Positions 34,667 to 42,868 of a stretch of DNA of 56,105 nt are shown piece after piece. Positions within the stretch are counted from its first letter, which is position 1, and each line of letters begins with the position of its first letter. The translations under genes and the position numbers were made by a program. Below the pieces are notes generated by a model, which searched no databases, had not been told where the DNA came from, and saw nothing but the letters and a program-made list of their open reading frames with translations. Origin of the DNA: Candidatus Adlerbacteria bacterium (GTDB lineage Bacteria > Patescibacteriota > Minisyncoccia > Phycocordibacterales > SBAW01). Where the stretch lies: NCBI GenBank assembly GCA_903884345.1, contig CAISEE010000001.1, positions 1 through 56,105 of the forward strand, read 5' to 3'.

Positions 34667-34750
34667 ATGAACTCGCCGCTTATCAGTACTCTGGGCGACT
34701 TCTTGATCCTCAGACAACTCTTCAACAATCTCGGCATTAGCGGATTCTAA
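34667..34750 (+). CDS. 27-aa micro-ORF MNSPLISTLGDFLILRQLFNNLGISGF
   Basis: Below the ORF-track cutoff and found by reading the sequence. A GGAGGAGG Shine-Dalgarno lies 4-11 nt upstream of the ATG. The peptide repeats the TLGD(I/F)LIL.QLF.N motif of the preceding protein. A terminator follows. Confidence 0.4.
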   Translation: MNSPLISTLGDFLILRQLFNNLGISGF

Positions 34751-34794
34751 AAGAGTGACTCCGTACGGACGTGTGAGTGTCGGTCGCTTATATC

Positions 34795-34838
34795 GCAACA
34801 ACGCAGAGGCATCAGTCTCTGCGTTGTTGCGTTTGTTT
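34795..34838. terminator. bidirectional intrinsic terminator between convergent genes
   Basis: Perfect 14-bp stem GCAACAACGCAGAG / CTCTGCGTTGTTGC with an 8-nt loop, followed by GTTTGTTT. Confidence 0.75.
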
Positions 34839-34849
34839 GAGCTACGCCG

Positions 34850-35893
34850 CTACACACTGTCGACCTCCTGTCGGATTGCGGCCGAGACCGCAGACTCCTT
34901 CTGTGTAAGCGGCAGATAGATGGCAAACTCGCTGCCTTTGTTTGGGCCGCCACTCGACGCACTCACCCGGCCACCGTGCAAACGACATAGACTCTCGACG
35001 AGCGTCAGCCCGATACCTAACCCACCTTGGGCGTGCACCTTCCCATGGTCGGATTGAAAAAATTCGTTGAAGACCTTCTCGAGCGTCTCTTTTTGGATAC
35101 CGATGCCGTCGTCTGCGATACGGATGACAACCTGACCCTTCTCGCATGCGGCACGAAGACGGATGTTACCGTGCGGCGGCGTATACTTCGCCGCGTTCGT
35201 GAGCAGATTCACGATGAGCTGCTCGAGACGTACCGGGTCGGCATCGAAGACGACGTCCTCATCGGGGACCTCGACCGAGAGCGCATGTTGCTTGGCGTCC
35301 AATAGCGGCCGTACCGACACGACCGCGTGCGAGATAGCCGACCCTAGGTCGACACGCTCCTTCTTGAGTTCGATCTTCCCATGCGCGAGTCGCGAGACAT
35401 CGAGCAAATCATCGAGAAGCCGCGTCATGATGCGAATCTGGCGAAACGCGACATCCATCGCACTTTGGAGTTCCGCAGCGACACCGTCTTGCGGCGCATC
35501 GACCTCAGCGAGGAGTATCTGCAACATCTCGAGCGATGACAAAAGCGGCGCCATCGGATTGCGCAACTCATGCGCCAGAACGGATATGAAATTGGTCTTC
35601 GCCTGCGAACTCTTGCGCAACTCCTCCGCAACGCGCCGCTCCTCGGTAATATCGCGAATGTTGCCGTCGCGATACAACGGCACTCCCGCCTCATCGCAGA
35701 CGATAGTCATCCGGTTCGAGAGCCAGCGATACTCGCCCGCCTTCGTGCGCTGCCGATACGAAACCTCGGCAACTTTGTGATCCGCCAACCCCGCCCACGC
35801 ATCCCGCAAGAGCGGCATATCATCGGGATGAACCATGCCGAGCACCGTCTCCCCATCAAACGCCGATATCTCGTCGACGGTGTAACCCACCAA
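34850..35893 (-). CDS. histidine kinase core (partial PAS + HisKA + HATPase_c); 3' part of an interrupted gene
   Basis: H-box FISVLAHELRNPM, N-box LLTNAAKYT, G-boxes DDGIGI and GGLGIGL. The ORF opens at a TTG in the middle of a PAS domain, two codons after an in-frame TAA. Confidence 0.75.
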   Translation of the reverse strand: MVGYTVDEISAFDGETVLGMVHPDDMPLLRDAWAGLADHKVAEVSYRQRTKAGEYRWLSNRMTIVCDEAGVPLYRDGNIRDITEERRVAEELRKSSQAKTNFISVLAHELRNPMAPLLSSLEMLQILLAEVDAPQDGVAAELQSAMDVAFRQIRIMTRLLDDLLDVSRLAHGKIELKKERVDLGSAISHAVVSVRPLLDAKQHALSVEVPDEDVVFDADPVRLEQLIVNLLTNAAKYTPPHGNIRLRAACEKGQVVIRIADDGIGIQKETLEKVFNEFFQSDHGKVHAQGGLGIGLTLVESLCRLHGGRVSASSGGPNKGSEFAIYLPLTQKESAVSAAIRQEVDSV

Positions 35894-35896
35894 TTT

Positions 35897-36457
35897 TTAG
35901 ATCGATGGGCTGATGTAGTCGTATCGCCCGGTCTGCAAATTTGCGCGATAGATGACGTCGACCGCATTGTCGAGCACCGAGCGAAATCGCTGCTCGCTCT
36001 CGCGCAGCCGCGCCTCCATCGCCTTGCGGTTGGTGATGTCGTGCGAGATCGAAGCGACGCCATAGAGCCGACCGTTAGCGTCGATGAGCGGGATTTTGTG
36101 CGCCAAGAAAATGCGCGTCTGCCCCTGCAACAGCGCCGTCTCTTCGATTTGAATCGCCTGCCGCGTCTCCATTGCTCGGCGGTCGTGCGCCCGCCACCGG
36201 TCTGCCGCCTCGCGATCGGCGATGTCGTAGTCGGTCTTGCCGCGCAGGTCGTGGCGCGATATGCCGAGCAGGCGCTCGAGCGCCGCGTTGATCGTAATGA
36301 AGCGCCCCTCGAGGTCTTTGACGAAAATGGGCGAGCCGCTGCCATCGACCACATCGTCCAACAGGCGCGCGTAGTCGCGCTCGACATCGGGCACCGCGCG
36401 CGACTGTGCCGCGGTGCCGATGCGTTTGCTCCGTCTGTGCTTATTATTGTTCGACAT
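35897..36457 (-). CDS. PAS-domain sensor fragment; 5' part of the interrupted histidine kinase
   Basis: ATG at 36457 (MSNNNKHRRSK). One complete PAS domain (SPIFVKDLEGRFITINAALERLLGISRHDLRGKTD...) plus the first strands of a second (VIYRANLQTGRYDYISPSI), ending at TAA 35897-35899 in frame with 34850..35893. Confidence 0.7.
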   Translation of the reverse strand: MSNNNKHRRSKRIGTAAQSRAVPDVERDYARLLDDVVDGSGSPIFVKDLEGRFITINAALERLLGISRHDLRGKTDYDIADREAADRWRAHDRRAMETRQAIQIEETALLQGQTRIFLAHKIPLIDANGRLYGVASISHDITNRKAMEARLRESEQRFRSVLDNAVDVIYRANLQTGRYDYISPSI

Positions 36458-36570
36458 GGCGCACCACTCTTCTTGTCGCAGGAATCGGTACGTAAAACTA
36501 TAGCATAGCCAACTGTGCGAAATATTTTCTGAAGCACACCCGAAGTCACGAAACCGGGTACACGCTGACT

Positions 36571-36897
36571 TCACTTTCCCGCGCGCACGTGGCTTGCCAC
36601 GACGATGTACGTTCCCACCCACGACCCCGCGACGATGGGCGCGACGTACAGGTAATTGTGCGTGTAGCTAAATACGCCGAAGGCGATCAAGATGTGCACG
36701 ACCGCACTCGTCGTGGCCGATGCCAGCGGCCGCCGCTTGGTAACCGACACCGTGTAGTATGCATGCAGCCCGTCAATACAGATGTATACGACAAAGAGCG
36801 TCACCGCCAACGTGAAACTGAACTGATGCCACGCCGCAAGAACGTTCGCCACGAAAGGAGCATACCAGACATGAACTATACATTTGCTAAAGGACAA
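36571..36897 (-). CDS. small polytopic membrane protein (start uncertain, possibly TTG at 36897)
   Basis: Only the C-terminal ~105 aa of track ORF 36571..37149 look protein-like (WYAPFVANVLAAWHQFSFTLAVTLFVVYICIDGL...ILIAFGVFSY...VAPIVAGSWVGTYIVV). The upstream part overlaps the better ORF 36908..37192. Confidence 0.35.
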   Translation of the reverse strand: MSFSKCIVHVWYAPFVANVLAAWHQFSFTLAVTLFVVYICIDGLHAYYTVSVTKRRPLASATTSAVVHILIAFGVFSYTHNYLYVAPIVAGSWVGTYIVVASHVRAGK

Positions 36898-36907
36898 AAG
36901 ACGCTCG

Positions 36908-37192
36908 TTATTTCGATACCTGAGGCGAAGCGGCGGTCTGGAGTTGCGCACCGAAGACCGGCGTAAAGTGAAACACGGTCGCTGCGGCAAACAAAAGGAG
37001 CGCCACCGCATTGAGTGCGATGCCGGCCGCCGCGAGTCGCCGCCGGTTGCCGCCGAACCAGGCGCGAATCCCGAGCCCCAGCCCCACGAGCGCCAAGACG
37101 ACACCCGCCACAACGACAAACCCGAGTAAGCCGAACGTCGCGAAGACAAACAGTAGACTCACCGCCCCGACCCCAAGAGATGCATTAGGCAT
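36908..37192 (-). CDS. small two-TM membrane protein
   Basis: 94 aa with two long hydrophobic helices (AVSLLFVFATFGLLGFVVVAGVVLALVGLGLGI and AAAGIALNAVALLLFAAATVF) separated by a basic loop. Confidence 0.55.
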   Translation of the reverse strand: MPNASLGVGAVSLLFVFATFGLLGFVVVAGVVLALVGLGLGIRAWFGGNRRRLAAAGIALNAVALLLFAAATVFHFTPVFGAQLQTAASPQVSK

Positions 37193-37209
37193 GCCTAAAT
37201 CGTAGCACG

Positions 37210-37241
37210 AAAAAATCCGCCACTAATGAGGCGGATTTTTT
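37210..37241. terminator. intrinsic terminator (A6-stem-loop-T6) after 37265..37990
   Basis: AAAAAATCCGCC-ACTAATGA-GGCGGATTTTTT; a perfect stem flanked by A and T tracts. Confidence 0.7.
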
Positions 37242-37264
37242 CGATTGATGCACGATTCAGGATA

Positions 37265-37990
37265 TTACTGAAGAATTCGGACCGTACCGAGAGCGCGTTG
37301 AGCAGCCACAATAGACGGTGATGTCTTTTCGGCAGAAAAATTAATCGTGTAGGTATGGACGAACGAGCTGCCATACGAATCCGTAACGATTTTATACGCG
37401 ACCACGGTGTTGAGCAAAAACGACGTGCCTTTAATGTCACTCGTGCCGCTAGACAAAAAGGCTCCATTCGCTCCAGGAATGGAAATCTTTTTAATGGTGA
37501 CATTTCCAAGCTGCGAGGCGCTATCTGCGAGCGTTTTCTGTACCGTCGAATCGATTGTCGAAGGGTCCGATTCGGACTCCGCGACCTCTAGTGTGAATCG
37601 CGGCATATCGGCGGCATCTGCTCGCGGCACGCTCAATGTTACATACGTGGCAGTATCACGACTCCAGGAAGTAGCGTTTTCTTTTTGCCAGAGTGAGGGA
37701 ACTTCTACACTAAAGGATGCCCCCACTTGAGAATTAGACACGGTTACTACGTGCGTATCAGCCGATGTGGATTGTTCACTACTCTGCGCGGGCGAGGTCG
37801 TAGTCGTGGTAGGAAGCGGAACGCCGGCCTCCTGCGCCCTATCGGCGACTCGTTGGTATTGGTCAGACGCGTTCTGCGCCGCCTGCTGCAGGGTAGCGTA
37901 TGCCTGTTGTCTCGGTTGATAGACCGTGAAGTACCACACAGCTCCGACAGCGACCACAATAACTACTACGAGTCCTAGCCACTTTTTCAT
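37265..37990 (-). CDS. membrane-anchored extracytoplasmic protein (unknown function)
   Basis: 241 aa with N-terminal TM MKKWLGLVVVIVVAVGAVWYF, a coiled/low-complexity linker and a beta-rich C-terminal domain. Confidence 0.6.
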   Translation of the reverse strand: MKKWLGLVVVIVVAVGAVWYFTVYQPRQQAYATLQQAAQNASDQYQRVADRAQEAGVPLPTTTTTSPAQSSEQSTSADTHVVTVSNSQVGASFSVEVPSLWQKENATSWSRDTATYVTLSVPRADAADMPRFTLEVAESESDPSTIDSTVQKTLADSASQLGNVTIKKISIPGANGAFLSSGTSDIKGTSFLLNTVVAYKIVTDSYGSSFVHTYTINFSAEKTSPSIVAAQRALGTVRILQ

Positions 37991-38034
37991 AGAAAATATC
38001 CTATCGATTATGCAATACTAATGACTTCAGTTTA

Positions 38035-38066
38035 GCACGAAAAAATCCGCCCCAGTGATGCGGATT
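38035..38066 (-). terminator. intrinsic terminator after the tRNA-Met/tRNA-Asp pair
   Basis: Minus strand: AATCCGC-ATCACTGGG-GCGGATT followed by TTTTTCGTGCTA. It shares a 19-nt flank with the terminator at 37210..37241. Confidence 0.6.
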
Positions 38067-38080
38067 ATTTTCGTGTGTTG

Positions 38081-38154
38081 CGCAAGAGACGGGACTTGAA
38101 CCCGCAACCTCCGCCGTGACAGGGCGGCGCTCTAACCAGTTGAGCTACTCCTGC
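38081..38154 (-). tRNA. tRNA-Asp (anticodon GTC)
   Basis: Reverse complement GCAGGAGTAGCTCAACTGGTTAGAGCGCCGCCCTGTCACGGCGGAGGTTGCGGGTTCAAGTCCCGTCTCTTGCG. CCGCC/GGCGG anticodon stem, loop CTGTCAC. Confidence 0.9.
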
Positions 38155-38216
38155 AAACAAAGGCATTGTAGCCCAAAAACGGGAAAAAGCAAAACGGGGC
38201 GACGACCACTGCGTTG

Positions 38217-38290
38217 TGTCGGTGGAAGGACTTGCACCTTCGACCTTGGGTTTATGAGTCCCATGCTCTAACTACCTGAGCTACACCGAC
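38217..38290 (-). tRNA. tRNA with CAT anticodon (elongator Met or lysidine-modified Ile2)
   Basis: Reverse complement GTCGGTGTAGCTCAGGTAGTTAGAGCATGGGACTCATAAACCCAAGGTCGAAGGTGCAAGTCCTTCCACCGACA. The paired G1-C72 argues against an initiator; anticodon loop CTCATAA. Confidence 0.85.
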
Positions 38291-38354
38291 AATGCCTCAC
38301 AGAGTAACACGAAAGGCAATGCCGTTCAATGCCGGCCCCGTGGCGCAGATTCCC

Positions 38355-39266
38355 CTATTGATCGGTCTGGTTGGGGTCGCAGAGCACGACGCTGGTGCCG
38401 GGGAGTTTTAAGGAAAACCACTCCTTGGCAGTGGTGAGGTTACCCAGCGAATCGATGAGCCCCTTGCCCAGCGCTTCAGAGCCGGGGATGGCGGCGCCGT
38501 CGGCCAACTCGGTCACGGTCGTCGTCGACATGTTGCGGTTCTCGGCGATCTCACCTACCAGGGTGCGGTATTCGACGTCGACGTTGGCGCGAAGGAGCGC
38601 CAGCTCGTCTTGGGTCAGCGGCTTGTCGGGGTTGCCTGCGTCTTTATACTTGCCCGAAGAAATTTGCTCGAATGTGTCGCCGTTTTTGGAGTCCGACCCC
38701 GAATAGTCAACGAATGAACTCGTGACGCCGATATCGCCGACGCTTGAGAAGGGCGAGGCGATGATGGTCGAGGCACCGGTTGCGGCAAAGTACGCCGCCG
38801 AGTCACCTTCATCGTAGATGAGTGCCACTGACGGTTTGCCCAGCGCCTTGAGCGCCTTCGAGATAATCTCGCCTCCGACCGGCGAGCCGCCGGGCGAGTC
38901 GACTTCCATAAGGACGCCGCGAATATTTTTATCTTGCTTGGCCTGCTCGATCTGCGCCACGATCGAATCGGCGCCGAATCCACCGGAGCTGTTGGCTTGC
39001 ATCGCGTCGGTCGCGTAGAGTTCGTCATTCTCGAGACGCACGACCGCGATGTTGCAGTCATTGCCGTACTCGTCGCGATAGGCTTGGAGCGCGTAGTCTT
39101 TGTTCGAAGTCGGCGCGTTCGCCTCGTGCACGTAGCGTTTAATGAGACCGTCCCCCACCGCGTAGGCTGAACCCGCAATCATCACAATAAGCAACCCTCG
39201 GGTCGCCACATACCGTACGAGCGGGCACCATCGATTCGCACACAGGCCTGTTTTAATGTCATCCAT
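38355..39266 (-). CDS. sppA: signal peptide peptidase SppA (S49 family, 36K type)
   Basis: 303 aa with an N-terminal TM. Contains MEVDSPGGSPVGGEIISKAL and the later GDIGVTS/KYKDAG blocks typical of SppA. Confidence 0.85.
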   Translation of the reverse strand: MDDIKTGLCANRWCPLVRYVATRGLLIVMIAGSAYAVGDGLIKRYVHEANAPTSNKDYALQAYRDEYGNDCNIAVVRLENDELYATDAMQANSSGGFGADSIVAQIEQAKQDKNIRGVLMEVDSPGGSPVGGEIISKALKALGKPSVALIYDEGDSAAYFAATGASTIIASPFSSVGDIGVTSSFVDYSGSDSKNGDTFEQISSGKYKDAGNPDKPLTQDELALLRANVDVEYRTLVGEIAENRNMSTTTVTELADGAAIPGSEALGKGLIDSLGNLTTAKEWFSLKLPGTSVVLCDPNQTDQ

Positions 39267-39386
39267 ATGCGGTATATGATAGCTTCATTACCGGAGCCTC
39301 GATACAAGCCTCGTGTTGATAAGTTCGCATACAAAAAAAGAGGGCCGGGATTGCTCCCGACCCTCCACACCATCGTCACATCGGCA

Positions 39387-40592
39387 TTACTCTTCGACGG
39401 CAGCAGGAACACCGTCGTGCTCGCTCATGAGCGCGAGCAGTTCGGCCTTTTTGCTCGCGTGCGCTGCAGCGAGGCTTCGCGCGCTCAGCTCGTTCGCATC
39501 GCGCTCCTTCGCGTGCGTGTCGAGAAGCTCCTGCAGTCGACCGGCAAGCTCGACGTCCGCGGTACCGACTTTGCGAAGCAGGTAGCGCACCAGTTGTTCG
39601 TGCTCGGAGCTGTCGATCGAGTGAAACGCGCGCGAATCGAGCGCGTCTCGAATGACCGCGAGCCGCACATCCTTGTACTTGCGTGCGCCCAGCAGCGTGT
39701 CGAGGAGTCGATGCGCCACAACATGCGGCGACCAACACTCCGAGGAGTAGTCGGGGTAACACAGCCAATTGGACTCCTCGAGATTCGAGTCGCATGACAA
39801 TGCGAACCGAATCTGGTCGACGAGCAGATCCCGGTCATACGGGAACCGCTGAAGTCGCAAACACTCACGCACCCGGCGCGTATAAAAGACCACCGGGTCA
39901 TACGGCGTCTCGGCCTTCCCCGCCACCTCCCGACGCAACTGCGCATCCGCACACGCTTTCCATCTGAGGGGAGCGCGCGAGGCAAGCGGCCAACCGAAGG
40001 CGTCGAACACGAGCTCGGTCTTGGTGTCGATCATTTGACCGGTGTCGAACTTCAGACACCGACTGAAGAGTCGCTTCGCGAGCGAACCGTCCTCATCGAC
40101 GACCTCAAAAAGCGAGACCGCCCATGCGTTGTAGTGACTGAGCAACTTCTGTCGCTTACTCTCGCGCATCGTCGAGGATCCGGCGTGAACGACCGTCGCG
40201 ACATTCAGTTCGAGCAGGTCGACCAGAACAGTGCGCAGCTCCGGAGGCACCAGTACCGCGAAGCGCTGGCTGCGACGACCGAAGAACTCAGGTTCAAGAG
40301 CGTGCGACGCCAGGAACCAATCGCTCGCCAAGCCCATCTCCCGCTTCCCGAAGGGCAAGTACGAGGAGGAAGGTGCCAGCCACTGCGCGAGGGCGCGTAC
40401 CTTAAACATCGGGGCGATCGGCAGCTCGAGCAGCGACTCCAACCGATTCTCGATCCCGACGAACTCCTCGAACAAAGCCGTCGCCTGCTGCTCCTGCGCA
40501 ACCGTAAGCTTGAAGTGTTTGCGCAGCAGCGCATAGACCGCGCTCTTGTAGTTCGCAAAAGGCTGAGCCGTTCCGGTCGACATACGTACCAT
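39387..40592 (-). CDS. hypothetical protein
   Basis: 401-aa ORF with GC-typical codon usage, no motif recognised, no TM. Confidence 0.55.
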   Translation of the reverse strand: MVRMSTGTAQPFANYKSAVYALLRKHFKLTVAQEQQATALFEEFVGIENRLESLLELPIAPMFKVRALAQWLAPSSSYLPFGKREMGLASDWFLASHALEPEFFGRRSQRFAVLVPPELRTVLVDLLELNVATVVHAGSSTMRESKRQKLLSHYNAWAVSLFEVVDEDGSLAKRLFSRCLKFDTGQMIDTKTELVFDAFGWPLASRAPLRWKACADAQLRREVAGKAETPYDPVVFYTRRVRECLRLQRFPYDRDLLVDQIRFALSCDSNLEESNWLCYPDYSSECWSPHVVAHRLLDTLLGARKYKDVRLAVIRDALDSRAFHSIDSSEHEQLVRYLLRKVGTADVELAGRLQELLDTHAKERDANELSARSLAAAHASKKAELLALMSEHDGVPAAVEE

Positions 40593-40788
40593 TTTAGACC
40601 TCGTGCTTGTTGTTATGAAAAAGAACCCGTCCGCTCGTATGCGTATTGGTATACGACCGACGTTCCAGGCATTGTTATACCTGAGGAATGACGGACGTCA
40701 ATACTCGACAAAAAACCTTTTTGTGTGAAACCGGCGCACCAAAGAAAACAGCCCGCGCGAGGCGGGCTGTAGTTCGCAGCATCGATGC

Positions 40789-41841
40789 TTACTGGTCGAG
40801 CAGGTGGAAGCGGCGTGTGTCGGCTTCGAGGACGCCGCTGCAGTGACGCACGTACGGCATGAGGTCGGGCACCCGCTCCTTCAGCGTCTCGAGCGTCACG
40901 CGCTCGAGGTAGCGGGCTTTCTCGACGCCCAAGTTCCAGCCGAAGCTCCCGACCGGATCGTGCGAGAGTGCCGACGGGAGCACGAGCACGCCGTCCCTCT
41001 CGGGGATTCGCCCCAGGGTCAGATTCTTCAAGACGATCTGCCCCGCGGTTTCGACGGCGTCCGGCCACTTGTGGTCGTACGGCCCGATGATGAGCGCCGT
41101 GTTTGGCATGTGCAGCCAGTCGAACCCACGACCCACCGCGATGACCCGCTCGGCATGATCGAGCTCGATCGGTTTGCGGCCGATGCGGCGCGTCTCTCGA
41201 ACATGAAACTGATTCCCCACCACGAGCTGCAGCAAGTCTTCGAGCGTCTGCTCGAGCATGCTCGGGTAGAGCTCGCGCAGAAATCCGCGAATCTCCTTAT
41301 CGGTATCACCCAAATGCTGGGCGACATTGTATACCAACTCAGGGTCCCGTTCGCCATGCAAGATGAGCGCGTCCTCGTCGGTTTCGATCCCGACGACGAT
41401 CGGATGCGTCACCCGAGTCGACGCGCCGAAGACGTCCTCGAATTGCCGCGCGAGATCATGCGCCGCATTGCACGCTTTTTTGGTGTCGTGGTTGTGCCCC
41501 TTGCAGCCCCAATCGGGGTTGCTGCTGGAGTAATGGTAGGTGGCGATGATGAGCCGATTCCTGCCGCGCGAGACGGTGTAGTCGACCCATCCGCGAAGCA
41601 CCTCGCCCAAGAACGGCCACCCCAAGTTGAAGGTCCCGCCGACGTTGCGAAACGGTTGAATGACGCCGTTTGGCGTCATGGTGATACGCGCGAAATCGAG
41701 CCTGCCGTCCATACACTTGAAGACCGCGATCTCGGTCGGATGTTGGCTGCGAAACCCGGCCCGAGCCAAACGCTCAGAGGCTTCGCAGAACAGCGCACTT
41801 TGTTCTTCATTTCGGGCGATGATTTGCTGTCTCAGTTCCAT
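40789..41841 (-). CDS. hypothetical protein
   Basis: 350-aa ORF, last GC-rich gene before the compositional break. Contains a CMDGR string but no family I can assign with confidence. Confidence 0.55.
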   Translation of the reverse strand: MELRQQIIARNEEQSALFCEASERLARAGFRSQHPTEIAVFKCMDGRLDFARITMTPNGVIQPFRNVGGTFNLGWPFLGEVLRGWVDYTVSRGRNRLIIATYHYSSSNPDWGCKGHNHDTKKACNAAHDLARQFEDVFGASTRVTHPIVVGIETDEDALILHGERDPELVYNVAQHLGDTDKEIRGFLRELYPSMLEQTLEDLLQLVVGNQFHVRETRRIGRKPIELDHAERVIAVGRGFDWLHMPNTALIIGPYDHKWPDAVETAGQIVLKNLTLGRIPERDGVLVLPSALSHDPVGSFGWNLGVEKARYLERVTLETLKERVPDLMPYVRHCSGVLEADTRRFHLLDQ

Positions 41842-41910
41842 AGGTAACTCCCAGTATACGTCTGGTCTTTATGTACCACCAGCGCCGATACACGTCAACA
41901 CGATTACATC

Positions 41911-41941
41911 AAAAAACCACCCTTGCCTAGGGTGGTTTTTT
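41911..41941. terminator. orphan bidirectional terminator-like hairpin at the GC/AT boundary
   Basis: AAAAAACCACCC-TTGCCTA-GGGTGGTTTTTT. It lies upstream, not downstream, of the nearest annotated genes. Confidence 0.5.
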
Positions 41942-42265
41942 GTATCTCTTGTTGCCCGAGACGGTACCGTACCGCGTCCGATAGACACCACAAAGGTTTC
42001 TCTACCTATATATCGTAGCACCAACCGACGGGGGCCGGAATGGGTTAGTTTCTAGGAAATTAAGAGCTTTTGCACCAATCGTGTGTGGCCAATAGGCGGG
42101 GCGGTACCGTACCCAAGAAAATGCGACAAATGCGTCACGCCCCTCCCACTGCAATTAGGCTAAAAAGGTATAAAATGCAACGTATTTTTGAGATATCCAC
42201 AGTTTCAAGACGCACCTTTTACATCTAGTACCATACATATATAGCCAGAGTAAATAAGACAACAC

Positions 42266-42694
42266 ATGGAACAAGACACAATTACCACACTTGCTACAAG
42301 CCCCGCAATGAAAACGCTGCAGCGCGTACTCATACGAAATTTTGGGCGATTACTAGATAAGGAATATGGAACCTATACACCTCCCGGCAATCAACCGCGC
42401 TTTCACCTGAACACGAGGAGGCGAGAGATTTTTCGATCAAGAAAGAAAGGAATGCTCACCTGCCGTCTGACTAAAACGGAGTGGAACATCATCCAATCGA
42501 TCCTTCAAAAAAGACCCGCAAACTCATCCACATTACGAGAACTCGCACATTGCAAAAATAACGATGCGCTGTATGCCGCTGTGTGCCGCATAAACAAGAA
42601 GGTGAGAAAATCGCTTGATGTGTATACAAACCTTATCGAAGGATGCACGCTCAACCCGCAATTCAACATAGCGAATCCATTTGGTGATGAGTAA
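42266..42694 (+). CDS. hypothetical protein (island-encoded)
   Basis: 142-aa ORF in AT-rich sequence. Basic with a possible DNA-binding flavour (LTKTEWNIIQSILQKRP...AAVCRINKKVRKSL), but no firm motif. Confidence 0.4.
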   Translation: MEQDTITTLATSPAMKTLQRVLIRNFGRLLDKEYGTYTPPGNQPRFHLNTRRREIFRSRKKGMLTCRLTKTEWNIIQSILQKRPANSSTLRELAHCKNNDALYAAVCRINKKVRKSLDVYTNLIEGCTLNPQFNIANPFGDE

Positions 42695-42868
42695 GGAGTG
42701 GATATCCGGTAATGCCGATACGTTCGGAGTAAAAGCATTGTAGTACAAAGCATCTCGCTGTGTAAAAAGTAAGAAATAGTAAGACACTTCTTTGCCATTC
42801 GTCAACTCAAGGCGCTACGATACAGATACCATCAACAGGTCTTACTAATCCCCTGTTGTGGCCATATC

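Noticed and set aside
36898-37149. N-terminal half of track ORF 36571..37149 (Arg/Ser/Trp-rich).
   Set aside because: It overlaps, out of frame, the much more protein-like two-TM ORF 36908..37192. Only the C-terminal hydrophobic part is kept, with an uncertain start.
40789-41841. CMDGR string resembling the CxDxR zinc motif of beta-carbonic anhydrases.
   Set aside because: The second HxxC motif is not present in recognisable form, and the length and context do not fit. The evidence is too weak to assign.
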